Assembly (NCBI GenBank): GCA_964575895.1
Contig: CAZNTE010000007.1
Span: 24,723 to 56,722, forward strand
Direction of reading: 5' to 3'
DNA: 32,000 nt
Origin: an uncultured Tissierellaceae bacterium
GTDB lineage: Bacteria > Bacillota > Clostridia > Tissierellales > Tissierellaceae
Position numbers and translations under genes: made by a program. Below are positions 1 to 10,500 of the stretch, one piece after another. How positions within the stretch are numbered: the stretch's first letter is position 1; each line of letters begins with the position of its first letter. A model generated the notes under the pieces. It was not told the origin of the DNA. It was given only the letters and a program-made list of their open reading frames with translations, and made no database searches.

Positions 1-3000
1 CCAGAGGAAGTAACAGTAGACGAGGACTCGATAATACCAGCTGATCCAAATGTAAGAAACTTTAGCTACACTTTAGTCGAAGGTCAGGTGTATTTCAGGG
101 AAAATTCACAGATGATTAAACAAGCCCTAAAGGAAGAAGACCAGAATAGGCTAAAAGGAATGGTTGAACTTAGGGATATAACAAGAGGGTTGATAGAAGC
201 ACAGGCAGAGGATTATTCAGATAATGTAATAAAATCTATCCAAGATGCTTTAAATACTAAATATGATGAATTTATTGATAGATATGGAAGATTAAATTCT
301 AGGGAAAATGGGAAGTTATTTGATGAAGATTCTTCTTATGCCCTACTTTGCTCACTAGAAATTATGGATGATAATCAAGAGTTTAATAGAAAGGCAGATA
401 TCTTTACCAAAAGGACCATTAGAAAATATGTTGAAATTATAGAGGCAGAGACTTCAAGTGAAGCATTAGCCCTATCTATTAATGAGAAAGCTAGGGTTGA
501 TTTAGACTATATGTCAGATTTAACAGGTTTATCTAAAGAGGAGATAGTCAAAGATTTGGAGGGAATCATATTTAGAAATACTGATAAATCTATAGGTTTA
601 GAAATAGACCAAGGAATCTATGAAACAGCAGATGAATATTTATCTGGAAATGTACGGGGGAAACTAGCCTCTATAGAAAGGCTAATAAGTTTAGGAAATG
701 AAATTGGTGACTACTATGAAATAAATAGGAAGGCTTTGATAGAAGCACAACCAAGGGATTTGACAGCAAGTGAAATAACAGTAAGATTAGGGGCAACTTG
801 GTTACCAGTAAAGGATATAGAAAAGTTTATGTTTGAAACATTTGAAACACCAGGGTACAACAAATGGGACATAAATGTAAGATTTTCACCCTATACTGCA
901 AATTGGAATATTGAAGGTAAATCAGCAGACAAGGACAATGTACGAGCCTATATGACTTATGGAACTAGTAGGATCAATGCCTACAAGATTTTAGAAGAAA
1001 CACTTAATTTAAAGGATGTAAGAGTACTGGATAGGGTAATAGGCTCAGATGGTGTAGAAAAAACTATTATAAATAAAAAAGAAACTATGCTAGCTCAACA
1101 AAAACAAGAGGCTATAAAACAGGCCTTTGAAGATTGGATTTGGAAAGATCCCTCTAGAAGAGATAGACTAACTAAGTTATATAATGAAAAATTTAATTCA
1201 ATAAGATCAAGGGAGTATGATGGAAGTCATCTATTCTTTCCAGGTATGAATCCAAATATAGAACTAAGGGAACACCAGAAAAATGCCATAGCTCATACCT
1301 TATATGGGGGAAATACCCTTTTAGCCCATTGTGTCGGGGCAGGTAAAACATTTGAAATGGTAGCTTCAGCTATGGAGAGCAAAAGATTGGGACTATGTAA
1401 TAAATCATTATTTGTAGTACCTAACCATTTAACAGAACAATGGGGAAATGAATTTATGCAACTATATCCATCAGCCAGTATCTTAGTCGCCACCAAAAAA
1501 GATTTTACGCCTCAAAATAGGAAGAAGTTTTGTGGGAGGATAGCTACGGGAGATTATGATGCAATAATTATTGGCCATAGTCAATTTGAAAAAATACCAA
1601 TGTCAATTGAAAGACAGAGGTTGGAGATGGAAAGGCAAATAAGTGAAATAACAGATGGAATAGCAGAACTAAAGGATAGTAGAGGGGATAAATTCTCAAT
1701 AAAACAATTAGAGAAAACCAGAAAATCCTTAAAGGTCAAACTCCAAAAACTTAATGACCAAAGTAGGAAAGATGATGTAGTAAGTTTTGAAGAGTTAGGG
1801 ATAGATAGACTTTTTGTCGATGAGGCACATAGCTATAAGAATTTATTCCTATATACAAAAATGAGAAATGTAGCAGGTATAGGGCAAACAGAAGCACAAA
1901 AGTCTAGCGATATGTTTATGAAATGCAGGTATATGAATGAGATAACAGGGGGAAAGGGAATTATATTTGCTACAGGTACACCAATTTCTAATAGCATGAC
2001 GGAGCTTTATACTATGCAGAGATACTTACAGTATAATACTCTAAAAGAACAGGGTTTAAATCACTTTGATTCATGGGCAAGTACCTTTGGAGAAACAGTA
2101 ACAGCTATAGAATTAGCACCAGAAGGAACAGGATATAGACCAAAAACAAGGTTTGCTAGATTTTATAATCTACCAGAGTTAATGTCAATGTTCAAAGAAG
2201 TAGCTGATATAAAAACAGCTGATATGTTAGATTTACCAGTACCAGATGTGGAATATGAAACAATTGTAATAGAGCCAAGTCAGCACCAAAAAGATATGGT
2301 AGCAAGTTTAGTTGAAAGAGCAGAGATAGTAAGGGCAAGGGGGGTAGATCCAAGTGTGGATAACATGCTTAAGATAACCAATGATGGTAGAAAATTAGCC
2401 CTAGATCAAAGGCTAATAAATGAAAACCTGCCATCAGAAGAAGGCGGAAAGGTATCTATATGTGCAAATAATGTGTATAAGATTTGGGAAAATACAAGGG
2501 ACAAATCATTAGCACAGTTAATATTTTGTGATATGTCTACGCCAAAAGAGGATGGTAGTTATAATGTCTATGATGAAATAAAAAACCGATTAATTAATAA
2601 TGGAGTACCAAAGGAAGAAATAGCATTTATCCATGATGCAAAAACTGAAATCCAAAAGGATGAGTTATTTGCTAAAGTTAGAAGTGGTAATATAAGAGTA
2701 TTAATTGGTTCAACTCAGAAAATGGGTTCAGGAACCAATGCCCAAAATAAGTTAATAGCCTCACATGATTTAGATTGCCCTTGGAAGCCCTCAGACTTGG
2801 AACAAAGGATGGGGAGAATAGTAAGGCAAGGAAATGAAAATGAAAATGTAAAAATATTTAGATATGTAACAGAAAACTCATTTGATGCTTACTTATTTCA
2901 ATTGGTAGAAAATAAACAGAAATTCATATCCCAAATAATGACTTCAAAATCTCCAGTGAGATCAGCAGAAGATGTAGATGAATCAGCCCTATCCTATGCA

Positions 3001-4215
3001 GAAATTAAAGCCTTGGCTACAGGTAATCCATTAATTAAAGAAAAAATGGACTTAGATGTTCAGGTGGCAAAGTTAAACATGCTAAAATCCTCTTATTTAA
3101 GCGAAAAATACAGATTAGAGGATAATGTATTAAAAAATTATCCAAGTAGAATAAAAAGCCTCTCAGACCGTATAAAGGGATATGAGAAGGATATAGACCA
3201 CCTTAAAGAAAATACCATAATTAGTGAAAATGATAAAAGAAAATTCACTCCTATGAAAATAAATGAAAAAGTCTATATGGACAAGGAGGAGGCAGGAAAA
3301 GTATTATTAGAAACCTGTAAGACCCTAAAAAGTAGCCAACCTAAAATAATTGGTTCATATAGAGGATTTAAGATGGAATTAAGCTTTGATAGTTTTTCAA
3401 AAGAATTTAGGCTATCATTAAAAAACTCGCTAAGTCATTTCGTAAACTTAGGAAGTGATATTTTTGGAAATATTACAAGAATAGATAATATATTAGATGG
3501 TATGGAAGATAGGCTAAAAGGAACCAAAGAAGAACTGGTTAATGTAGAAACTCAACTCAAAAACTCTAAAGCAGAAATATCTAAACCATATAAACACGAG
3601 CAAGAATTAAAAGAAAAACAAATTAGGTTAGCAGAACTAGATTCATTATTAAACATGGAGACTAAGGGAGGAGAATTGGAAAAAGGTAATAGGGACCCTG
3701 AACTAGATATAGCAAAAGAATTAATTATGGATTTTATATCTATGGAATATGACGAAGAGTTACGTCCATTTAACTATACTGACCTAAAACATATAGAAAT
3801 AGCATATACGACTACAGAAGATGGAAGTCACGAAATACAAACAGAAATAGATCTGGTTGATTATTGTATAAATAAATATGTGGATGGACATTTAATCACT
3901 AGTGAGAGTTATCAAAGTTTAAATGATTTTATAGAGTATGCACTAAAACATCTGGACTTCTCAGACCTAGTTTATATCGACCAGGAAGCAATGGATAGGA
4001 TAGTTGACCCATTAGACCTAGATAGAGATAATGATGGGATTATAGACCGTTATGACGCAGATGATAAGGATTCCAGTGTATCCACCTATGGACAGGTTGA
4101 TGAAAGGGAAAACAAAAGAAAATCTATACTAGAAGACTTAAAAGGGAAAAAAGAAATGATAAGAGATAGGACAAAAACTTTCAGTGAAAGAGATTTAGCA
4201 AAAATAGAATTATAG
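1..4215 (+). CDS. C-terminal >1400 aa of a very large conjugative-element 'polyvalent' protein: SNF2/DEAD-like helicase core plus long coiled-coil and acidic tail. The 5' end lies upstream of the window.
   Basis: The reading frame is open from nt 1 ([29 protein letters not shown] precedes the GTG at 88), so GTG 88 is not the true start. Helicase motif I is [12 protein letters not shown] and motif II is [11 protein letters not shown] (DEAH codons 1819-1830). C-terminal helicase motifs are [13 protein letters not shown] and [11 protein letters not shown]. Stop is TAG 4213-4215. Confidence 0.85.
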   Translation, partial: PEEVTVDEDSIIPADPNVRNFSYTLVEGQVYFRENSQMIKQALKEEDQNRLKGMVELRDITRGLIEAQAEDYSDNVIKSIQDALNTKYDEFIDRYGRLNSRENGKLFDEDSSYALLCSLEIMDDNQEFNRKADIFTKRTIRKYVEIIEAETSSEALALSINEKARVDLDYMSDLTGLSKEEIVKDLEGIIFRNTDKSIGLEIDQGIYETADEYLSGNVRGKLASIERLISLGNEIGDYYEINRKALIEAQPRDLTASEITVRLGATWLPVKDIEKFMFETFETPGYNKWDINVRFSPYTANWNIEGKSADKDNVRAYMTYGTSRINAYKILEETLNLKDVRVLDRVIGSDGVEKTIINKKETMLAQQKQEAIKQAFEDWIWKDPSRRDRLTKLYNEKFNSIRSREYDGSHLFFPGMNPNIELREHQKNAIAHTLYGGNTLLAHCVGAGKTFEMVASAMESKRLGLCNKSLFVVPNHLTEQWGNEFMQLYPSASILVATKKDFTPQNRKKFCGRIATGDYDAIIIGHSQFEKIPMSIERQRLEMERQISEITDGIAELKDSRGDKFSIKQLEKTRKSLKVKLQKLNDQSRKDDVVSFEELGIDRLFVDEAHSYKNLFLYTKMRNVAGIGQTEAQKSSDMFMKCRYMNEITGGKGIIFATGTPISNSMTELYTMQRYLQYNTLKEQGLNHFDSWASTFGETVTAIELAPEGTGYRPKTRFARFYNLPELMSMFKEVADIKTADMLDLPVPDVEYETIVIEPSQHQKDMVASLVERAEIVRARGVDPSVDNMLKITNDGRKLALDQRLINENLPSEEGGKVSICANNVYKIWENTRDKSLAQLIFCDMSTPKEDGSYNVYDEIKNRLINNGVPKEEIAFIHDAKTEIQKDELFAKVRSGNIRVLIGSTQKMGSGTNAQNKLIASHDLDCPWKPSDLEQRMGRIVRQGNENENVKIFRYVTENSFDAYLFQLVENKQKFISQIMTSKSPVRSAEDVDESALSYAEIKALATGNPLIKEKMDLDVQVAKLNMLKSSYLSEKYRLEDNVLKNYPSRIKSLSDRIKGYEKDIDHLKENTIISENDKRKFTPMKINEKVYMDKEEAGKVLLETCKTLKSSQPKIIGSYRGFKMELSFDSFSKEFRLSLKNSLSHFVNLGSDIFGNITRIDNILDGMEDRLKGTKEELVNVETQLKNSKAEISKPYKHEQELKEKQIRLAELDSLLNMETKGGELEKGNRDPELDIAKELIMDFISMEYDEELRPFNYTDLKHIEIAYTTTEDGSHEIQTEIDLVDYCINKYVDGHLITSESYQSLNDFIEYALKHLDFSDLVYIDQEAMDRIVDPLDLDRDNDGIIDRYDADDKDSSVSTYGQVDERENKRKSILEDLKGKKEMIRDRTKTFSERDLAKIEL

Positions 4216-4227
4216 GAGGAATAAATA

Positions 4228-4389
4228 ATGGCTAAAAATAAACTATTAGAGCTCTTTAATGTGCAAAATCACGAGGAACTAATGGAACATATTAAAAACA
4301 ATCCTGATGATAATAGGGTTAAAGAAATAAAAGAATTACTAGAACATTTTGAGATTAGCCTTGATAGTGAGGTGAAGGTTGATGAATAA
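4228..4389 (+). CDS. Small hypothetical protein (53 aa), paralogous to the N-terminus of the downstream RadC-like protein
   Basis: It is too short for the ORF track. SD AGGAGGA (4214-4220) lies 7 nt before ATG 4228. Its segment LLELFNVQNHEELMEHIKNNPD matches LYEQFNCSSKEELYEKVKNNDV of the next ORF at 11 of 22 positions. The stop overlaps the next gene's start. Confidence 0.45.
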   Translation: MAKNKLLELFNVQNHEELMEHIKNNPDDNRVKEIKELLEHFEISLDSEVKVDE

Positions 4390-6022
4390 TTTATATGAGC
4401 AATTCAATTGTAGTAGTAAAGAAGAATTATATGAAAAGGTTAAAAATAATGATGTGCAAGTTCAACCACTCTTAGATTTTCTGGAGTATGCTAAAGCAGA
4501 CATAAAAACTAAAAATAAAGCCATAACAAGTCCTAACATATTTGTAGACTATGTAAAATCAACCACATTACCTACAAAAGATGCAGGGACTTTTATTTTT
4601 GTAGATACAAAAAATCATCCAGTACTATTAAAAAGATCAAGACTCAGCAGGAAAAATGATTTAAAGGATGCCATTAGGGAAGGATTAATATCTGGTGGTA
4701 CCAGGACTTTCATAGGATTTAATATTGAAACACCAAATAAGAAGATTGAGGGAATTGAATCCTTATTTGAGGAAATAGGAATAAAGATAGTAGATACAAT
4801 AGGTTATAATAAAGATAAAGATTATTTTACATCAAAAAAAGCAGGGAATTCCTTTTATAATTCCAATTCTCATGAATTAGTAAGTGATGGTAATACAGAG
4901 TATTCAAAAGAAGACTTTAGTGTTAAGGAAAAATATATTGACTTCACTAGTCACTTTGCCACAAATGAATTGCTTGGATTGAATGTAATTGATAATCTTG
5001 AAAACATTAAAGACAGTTTAAAGATTGGGTTTCAACATCATCATCAGGAGATTTTAGGGATATTAGTTTATGATAGTAATGAAAAAATTATTTTAGCAGA
5101 GGAATTATTTAAAGGAACCATGGATGCCTCACTAGTAGATCCAAAGATAATAACCAAAAATATCTTGCAGTTAGAAGATGCAAAGGGGATGGCAATATTT
5201 CATAATCACCCCAGCGGTAACCCTGTACCTAGTAGAGAGGATATTATTATGACAGAAAGGGTGGCTAGGCTATGCGATATCTTAGAGGTAGAACTACTAG
5301 ACCACTTCATAATAGGAAAAGAAAAGACTCTTTCATTTTCTCAAGATGTTGAAAGTTTTCAAAGCAAAAATTATAGATACCAAGATAAAGCAATTAATAT
5401 GAAAAAAGTAAGTGAAAGGGCATCCAACTATGGAAAGGATAATAAAATAGAAGTTATCAAGATAGGGGATGTGGTCAAGACATCCCTTTCTGATTCCACT
5501 ACGGTTTTAGATGTAAGAGGGGATAATGCTTTACTATTTGACGGGAGACAATTTATAGAGGCATATGGTGTTCAAAGTAATGATGATAAGGTATTTTGGG
5601 GACAAGGTCATTATTATGACACCATACCAAGTAAAATATTTGATAATAATAAAAAAGACTATGAAGATATTAAAGACAATATAAATGATATGATAAATAG
5701 CAATTATCAAGACTTTGTAAAGGCCCTAATATCTATAGAAAAAGGTATAGAGGATGAAGATACTTTAGAAGAATTATATGACAGGTTTATGGATAATGAT
5801 GGGGTAAACCTTATAAATGATTATTTTGATGATATCATGTATGATTTGGAACATGAGAATATGGTTGGGGAATCAAAGGTAAAAGAAGCAAGCAAAATAA
5901 ATCAAGAAATAGCCAATATTAAATCAGAGCGTCAGTCAATATTAAATGAATTAAAGACCAAAAACAAAGTAATAAATAATAAAAAAGTTGAAATAATAAA
6001 AGTAGATGAAGTAACTTTATAA
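4379..6022 (+). CDS. RadC-like JAB/MPN (JAMM) domain protein with extra N- and C-terminal regions
   Basis: JAMM signature AIFHNHPSGNPVPSREDIIMTERV is present (HNHPSG codons 5201-5218). Start is TTG 4379 or, more likely, ATG 4382. RadC-like genes are typical companions of polyvalent proteins on conjugative elements. Confidence 0.8.
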   Translation: MMNNLYEQFNCSSKEELYEKVKNNDVQVQPLLDFLEYAKADIKTKNKAITSPNIFVDYVKSTTLPTKDAGTFIFVDTKNHPVLLKRSRLSRKNDLKDAIREGLISGGTRTFIGFNIETPNKKIEGIESLFEEIGIKIVDTIGYNKDKDYFTSKKAGNSFYNSNSHELVSDGNTEYSKEDFSVKEKYIDFTSHFATNELLGLNVIDNLENIKDSLKIGFQHHHQEILGILVYDSNEKIILAEELFKGTMDASLVDPKIITKNILQLEDAKGMAIFHNHPSGNPVPSREDIIMTERVARLCDILEVELLDHFIIGKEKTLSFSQDVESFQSKNYRYQDKAINMKKVSERASNYGKDNKIEVIKIGDVVKTSLSDSTTVLDVRGDNALLFDGRQFIEAYGVQSNDDKVFWGQGHYYDTIPSKIFDNNKKDYEDIKDNINDMINSNYQDFVKALISIEKGIEDEDTLEELYDRFMDNDGVNLINDYFDDIMYDLEHENMVGESKVKEASKINQEIANIKSERQSILNELKTKNKVINNKKVEIIKVDEVTL

Positions 6023-6027
6023 AATTA

Positions 6028-6069
6028 CCCATGGTAGGATCAATAGGTCTTATCATGGGATCTTTTTTT
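6028..6069 (+). terminator. Rho-independent terminator after the RadC-like gene
   Basis: CCCATGGTAGGATC / GGTCTTATCATGGG forms a 14-bp stem (3 G-U pairs) with loop AATA, followed by ATC and T7. Confidence 0.7.
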
Positions 6070-6106
6070 ATTAAAACAAATTTATATGAAATATCAAAAA
6101 TAACAT

Positions 6107-6135
6107 TTGAGAAGTCGACAATTATATAATATAAT
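6107..6135 (+). promoter_or_regulatory. Sigma-A-type promoter for the HTH-BREX operon
   Basis: TTGAGA (6107-6112), a 17-nt spacer, then TATAAT (6130-6135). It lies 36 nt upstream of ATG 6172, which has SD AAGAGG. Confidence 0.5.
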
Positions 6136-6171
6136 AATAGGTAAATAATACGATTAGAAAGAGGCGATTTT

Positions 6172-6381
6172 ATGGGAGTTACCTATAAACCCTTATGGAA
6201 ACTATTAATAGATAAAGACATCAAAAAGACAGAGATGAGCAAAGCGATTGGGATTAGTACTAGTACCTTATCAAAACTAAACAAGGAAGAATATGTTTCT
6301 TTGGATGTTTTGGTTAGAATTTGCACTTATTTAAAATGTCAATTAAGTGATATTTGTCAAGTTTTTATTGAAGAAGATTAG
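6172..6381 (+). CDS. Small XRE-type (HTH_26 / YozG-like) transcriptional regulator, first gene of the BREX operon
   Basis: 69 aa. The helix-turn-helix is KKTEMSKAIGISTSTLSKLNKEE, followed by the tail SLDVLVRICTYLKCQLSDI typical of short Cro/C1-like regulators. It ends 10 nt before the brxA ATG. Confidence 0.8.
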   Translation: MGVTYKPLWKLLIDKDIKKTEMSKAIGISTSTLSKLNKEEYVSLDVLVRICTYLKCQLSDICQVFIEED

Positions 6382-6391
6382 AGGTGAATGT

Positions 6392-6994
6392 ATGAAAGAA
6401 TTAGACTATAGTGCTGGAGCTGTGAGCAAGGGATTTTGGTTTTTAGAATTTAAAAAATATATGGAAGAATATCTTAAAGGAAAATCTCACAAAGATATTA
6501 GACAAAAACAATTAGACGAAAATTTTCTTATGGCACCATCAATTGATTACGGAAAAAGAATGGTTGGTGAAATAAAAAAAAGGATATCTGCCTTACCTGA
6601 AGAAATAATAGGCTTATTTCCTAGCTTAAATGTAACAGACCAAAAAATAATTAACCTTTTAGGAATAATGCTAACAGATAGACTTTTTTTTGAATTTATC
6701 TATGAAGGATATAGAGAGGCCCTAATTATAGGCACAAAAGAATTTGAAGATAGTCAAATACGAGTTTTTTTTAATAATAAATCAGACCAATCCGAAAAGG
6801 TTGCAGGATATACCTTAGAAGCAAAAAGAAGACTAGGTAGAGCATATAAGACCTATATGAGAGAAGCAAATTTACTAAAAGAAGAAGATGGAATTACAGT
6901 TATAAACAAAGTAATTATGGACTTAGACTTGGAAGTAATAATGAAGAAGTCCACATTACTACCCTATTTCAAAGGAATTACAGGGGGACAATAA
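6392..6994 (+). CDS. brxA: BREX protein BrxA (DUF1819-like)
   Basis: 200 aa from ATG 6392 with SD GAGGTG 6381-6386. The size and its position as first gene of a brxB-brxC-pglX-pglZ-brxL array fit BrxA. The stop overlaps the brxB ATG (TAATG). Confidence 0.85.
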   Translation: MKELDYSAGAVSKGFWFLEFKKYMEEYLKGKSHKDIRQKQLDENFLMAPSIDYGKRMVGEIKKRISALPEEIIGLFPSLNVTDQKIINLLGIMLTDRLFFEFIYEGYREALIIGTKEFEDSQIRVFFNNKSDQSEKVAGYTLEAKRRLGRAYKTYMREANLLKEEDGITVINKVIMDLDLEVIMKKSTLLPYFKGITGGQ

Positions 6995-7569
6995 TGAATA
7001 CTTTTAGAGAAAAATTAAATAAAATAGAAGATGCAATATCAAAAGAAGAGTTTTTAATAAATAGGGGAGGAGCCAATGAAATAGGCTACTATGTCTTTGA
7101 CTATGATCCAAAAGTAGAATTAGAAGTAAGGGGTCATATAAAAAGTCTAAAAGAGAAAAACGTCCTTTATTCTTTAGGCTATGAAATAATAATATTTGAT
7201 TTATATGATTTGATGATTGACTATATGGAAGAAGAGGGAATCATAGAGGATTCTATACAAATGGAAAAGGAATATGGTTTGGGGTACTTAATTTCTTCTG
7301 TAGTAGATTTTTTGAATATGGGGACAAAGGATAACTATCTTACCAACTATATCAAAAACAATACACCGGAAAAGGCTGTGGTATTTATAACAGGAGTGGG
7401 AAAGATATTTCCCTTTGTAAGGTCACATGGAATATTAAATGCGTTACAACAAGTATTTGATAGATTGCCTGTCGTTTTATTCTATCCAGGTAAATATGAT
7501 GGACAAACTTTAATGTTATTTTCAGAGTTTAAAGATGATCACTATTATAGGGCATTTCCCCTAGTATAA
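6994..7569 (+). CDS. brxB: BREX protein BrxB (DUF1788-like)
   Basis: 191 aa, translationally coupled to brxA, in the canonical second position of type 1 BREX. Confidence 0.85.
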   Translation: MNTFREKLNKIEDAISKEEFLINRGGANEIGYYVFDYDPKVELEVRGHIKSLKEKNVLYSLGYEIIIFDLYDLMIDYMEEEGIIEDSIQMEKEYGLGYLISSVVDFLNMGTKDNYLTNYIKNNTPEKAVVFITGVGKIFPFVRSHGILNALQQVFDRLPVVLFYPGKYDGQTLMLFSEFKDDHYYRAFPLV

Positions 7570-7584
7570 TAATGGAGGGATACT

Positions 7585-10500
7585 ATGTTAATGAAAGATA
7601 TGTTTGCAAAGGAAATTGATAGGGATATCAAAGGAGTAGTCAAAGTAGAGCAGGACGATATATCCATAATAGAAAATGAACTAGAAGAATATGTAGTAAC
7701 CAAGGAGCTGCAAAAGCATTTTAGAGACTTTTTTTCAGCCTATAAAAAAGGAATCCATACCAAGACAGACAAAGTAGGGGTATGGATATCTGGCTTCTTT
7801 GGTTCAGGTAAGTCCCATTTTCTTAAAATATTGTCCTATTTATTAGCCAATGAAGAAATAAGTGGAAAGAAACCATTTGACTATTTTTTAGAAGATGAAA
7901 AAATTAAAGACTCTATGACCCTAGCTGATATTGAACTTGCTTTGTCTATTTCAACAGATGTTATATCCTTTAATATAGATTCAAAATCAGAAACCTCAGG
8001 AACAAAAGATAAAGATACTATTTTAAATGTATTTCTAAAAGTGTTCAATGAAAAATTAGGCTATAGTACAAATCCCCACCTAGCTGATCTAGAAAGACAA
8101 TTAGATGATGATGGAAGATATGATGAATTTAAAAGCAGGTATGAAAAAATATCAGGGGATTCTTGGGTAGATTCAAGACATAAATTTAACTTTAGAAAAG
8201 ATAGGGTTGTAAAGACTTTGGTTGACATGGACTATATGGCTGAAGAGACAGCCAATGATTGGTCAAGGTCAACAGTTAATCCTTATGAAATATCTATTTC
8301 TAGTTTTGCCCAAATGGTTAAAGAATATTTGGATAAGAAAGAAGAAAAACACCAAATAGTATTCTTGGTAGATGAGATGGGTCAATACATAGGAGATAAT
8401 TCTGACCTAATGCTAAACCTACAGACCATAACAGAAAACTTAGGTAGCTACTGCCAAGGTAGAGCTTGGGTAATAGTTACCTCCCAACAAGATATAGACT
8501 CCATTACGGAAGTTATGGGTAGAGATTTTTCTAAAATTCAAGGCAGGTTTGATACCAGGATAAGCCTTACCTCTGCCAATGTAGACGAAGTAATCAAACT
8601 TAGGATACTGGATAAAACCCCTGTAGCCCAAGATACCTTAGAAATCCTATATGATAACAAGGAAACCATAATAAAAAACCTAATAATATTCAATGATACA
8701 GCAGAGAAAAAATTATACGAAAACAAGAAAGACTTTGCCAAGGTATATCCCTTTATTCCTTATCAATTTGATGTACTATCAAATGTTCTAACATCAGTAA
8801 GGGAATATAGCTCCTCAGGTAAACACCTATCAGAAGGAGAAAGGTCTATGCTAGCTCTTTTTAAAGAATCTGCAGAAAAGTTTATGGACTATGAAGAAGG
8901 GACAATTATCCCCTTTAATATATTCTATGATGCTCTTAGTAAGTTTTTAGACCATAGTCACTCAGTAGTTATATCAAGAGCCCTAAATAATAAAATAATA
9001 AACCCAGATGGGGAAGAATATAATTTCAATGTAAATGTATTAAAGACCCTATTTTTAATTAAATATATACATGAGATTGAAGCTAATGTGGACAATATAA
9101 CCAGCCTAATGGTATCCCATATAGATGAAGATCGTAGACTACTTAGGGAAAAAGTAGAAGAGGCCTTAAGCATCTTAGTAGGACAAACCCTAGTACAAAA
9201 AAATGGGGATATCTATATATTCTTAACCAATGATGAACAAGAAATAAACAGACTAATAGATAACCAAACTATAGAAAGCTCAAACCTAGTAGGGGATATA
9301 AGTGAACTATTGTTTACTGTTATTTACCCAGAGGAAAAGGTAAGAGCGGGGAATTATAAAAATAGATATATCTTTGAATTTAATAGATATGTTGATGGCA
9401 GACCTTTTAGGGCTAATCAGTCCTTTGATTTTGGAGTCAAGATATTTACACCAAATTCCGAGTTAAATGGACAAGATAGTAACCTTAGGATGCAGTCATC
9501 AGCATCCACAGATGTATATGTGGACCTACCCAATGACTCAGGTTTTATCCATGAACTTAGGACAGCAATGAAGATAGAAAAATTTCTTAATTCCCCAGCA
9601 TCAAGCAATATGCCTAAGTATGAAGAAATTAAAATAATGAAAAGAACAGAAATGAAGGACCATAGGGATAGGGCGCGATTATTTCTACAAGAAGCCTTGA
9701 GAGACTCCAACTTTTATATAAATGGAGATATTTTAGATTTGCCTAGCAAGGATTTTAAATACAATCTTACGGAAAGTTTGGAGCGAATAGTGGACACGGT
9801 CTACCACAAGCTAAACTATATTACTGACCCTAAAGAAGAAGTAGATATTCACAATCTATTTAGAAACCAAGGAAGTAGGCAAATAAAACTTGAGGAAGAA
9901 AAAATAGAAAATGAAAATGCCATAAGGGAAGTCATAGACTTTATAAAGATAAAAACTAAAAACCACACAAAAATATCACTAAAAGAAATAAAAAATAGAT
10001 TTCTAAAGGCTCCCTATGGATTCCTAGATGTAGACATAGAATGGATAATAGCCAAGACCTTCCTAGATGGACAAATAGCCTTATCTCTAAATGGATCTAC
10101 CATCTCCCTACTAAATGAGACCTCAGAGAGAATAGTAGACTACATAACCAAAAGAATGTATGTAGAGAAACTCTTAATAGAGGAAAAAGAAATAGTTCCA
10201 GACAATATGAAAAGAAGCCTGAAAAACATTGCTAGAGAAGTATTTAAGACTAATATAATATCAGAGGACCCAGATACTATGGTAATGACCTTTAACAGTT
10301 CGGTAGCAGGGATTATAAAAGAATTAGATTCCCTTGCTAAGGAATATGAATATTCAAGATATCCAGGAGAAAACATCATAAAAGAAGGCCTAAGTTTATT
10401 AAATAAAACCACCTACATGGATAAACCGATGGATATATTTAAATTTATAAGGGCAAATGAGGATGAATACTTAGATTTTAGGGATGATTACTCACCAATT

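Noticed and set aside
1293-1496. 67-aa minus-strand ORF inside the helicase gene
   Set aside because: It is fully antisense to a strongly supported helicase-motif region, has no SD, and has a hydrophobic, low-complexity composition typical of antisense frames in AT-rich genes.
88-4215. GTG 88 as the true start of the 1375-aa ORF
   Set aside because: The same frame is open from nt 1 with sensible protein sequence and no SD before nt 88. The gene is truncated by the window edge.
6347-6391. Track start of the brxA ORF at 6347, overlapping the HTH gene
   Set aside because: There is no SD. ATG 6392 has SD GAGGTG at ideal spacing and gives a BrxA-sized (200 aa) product.
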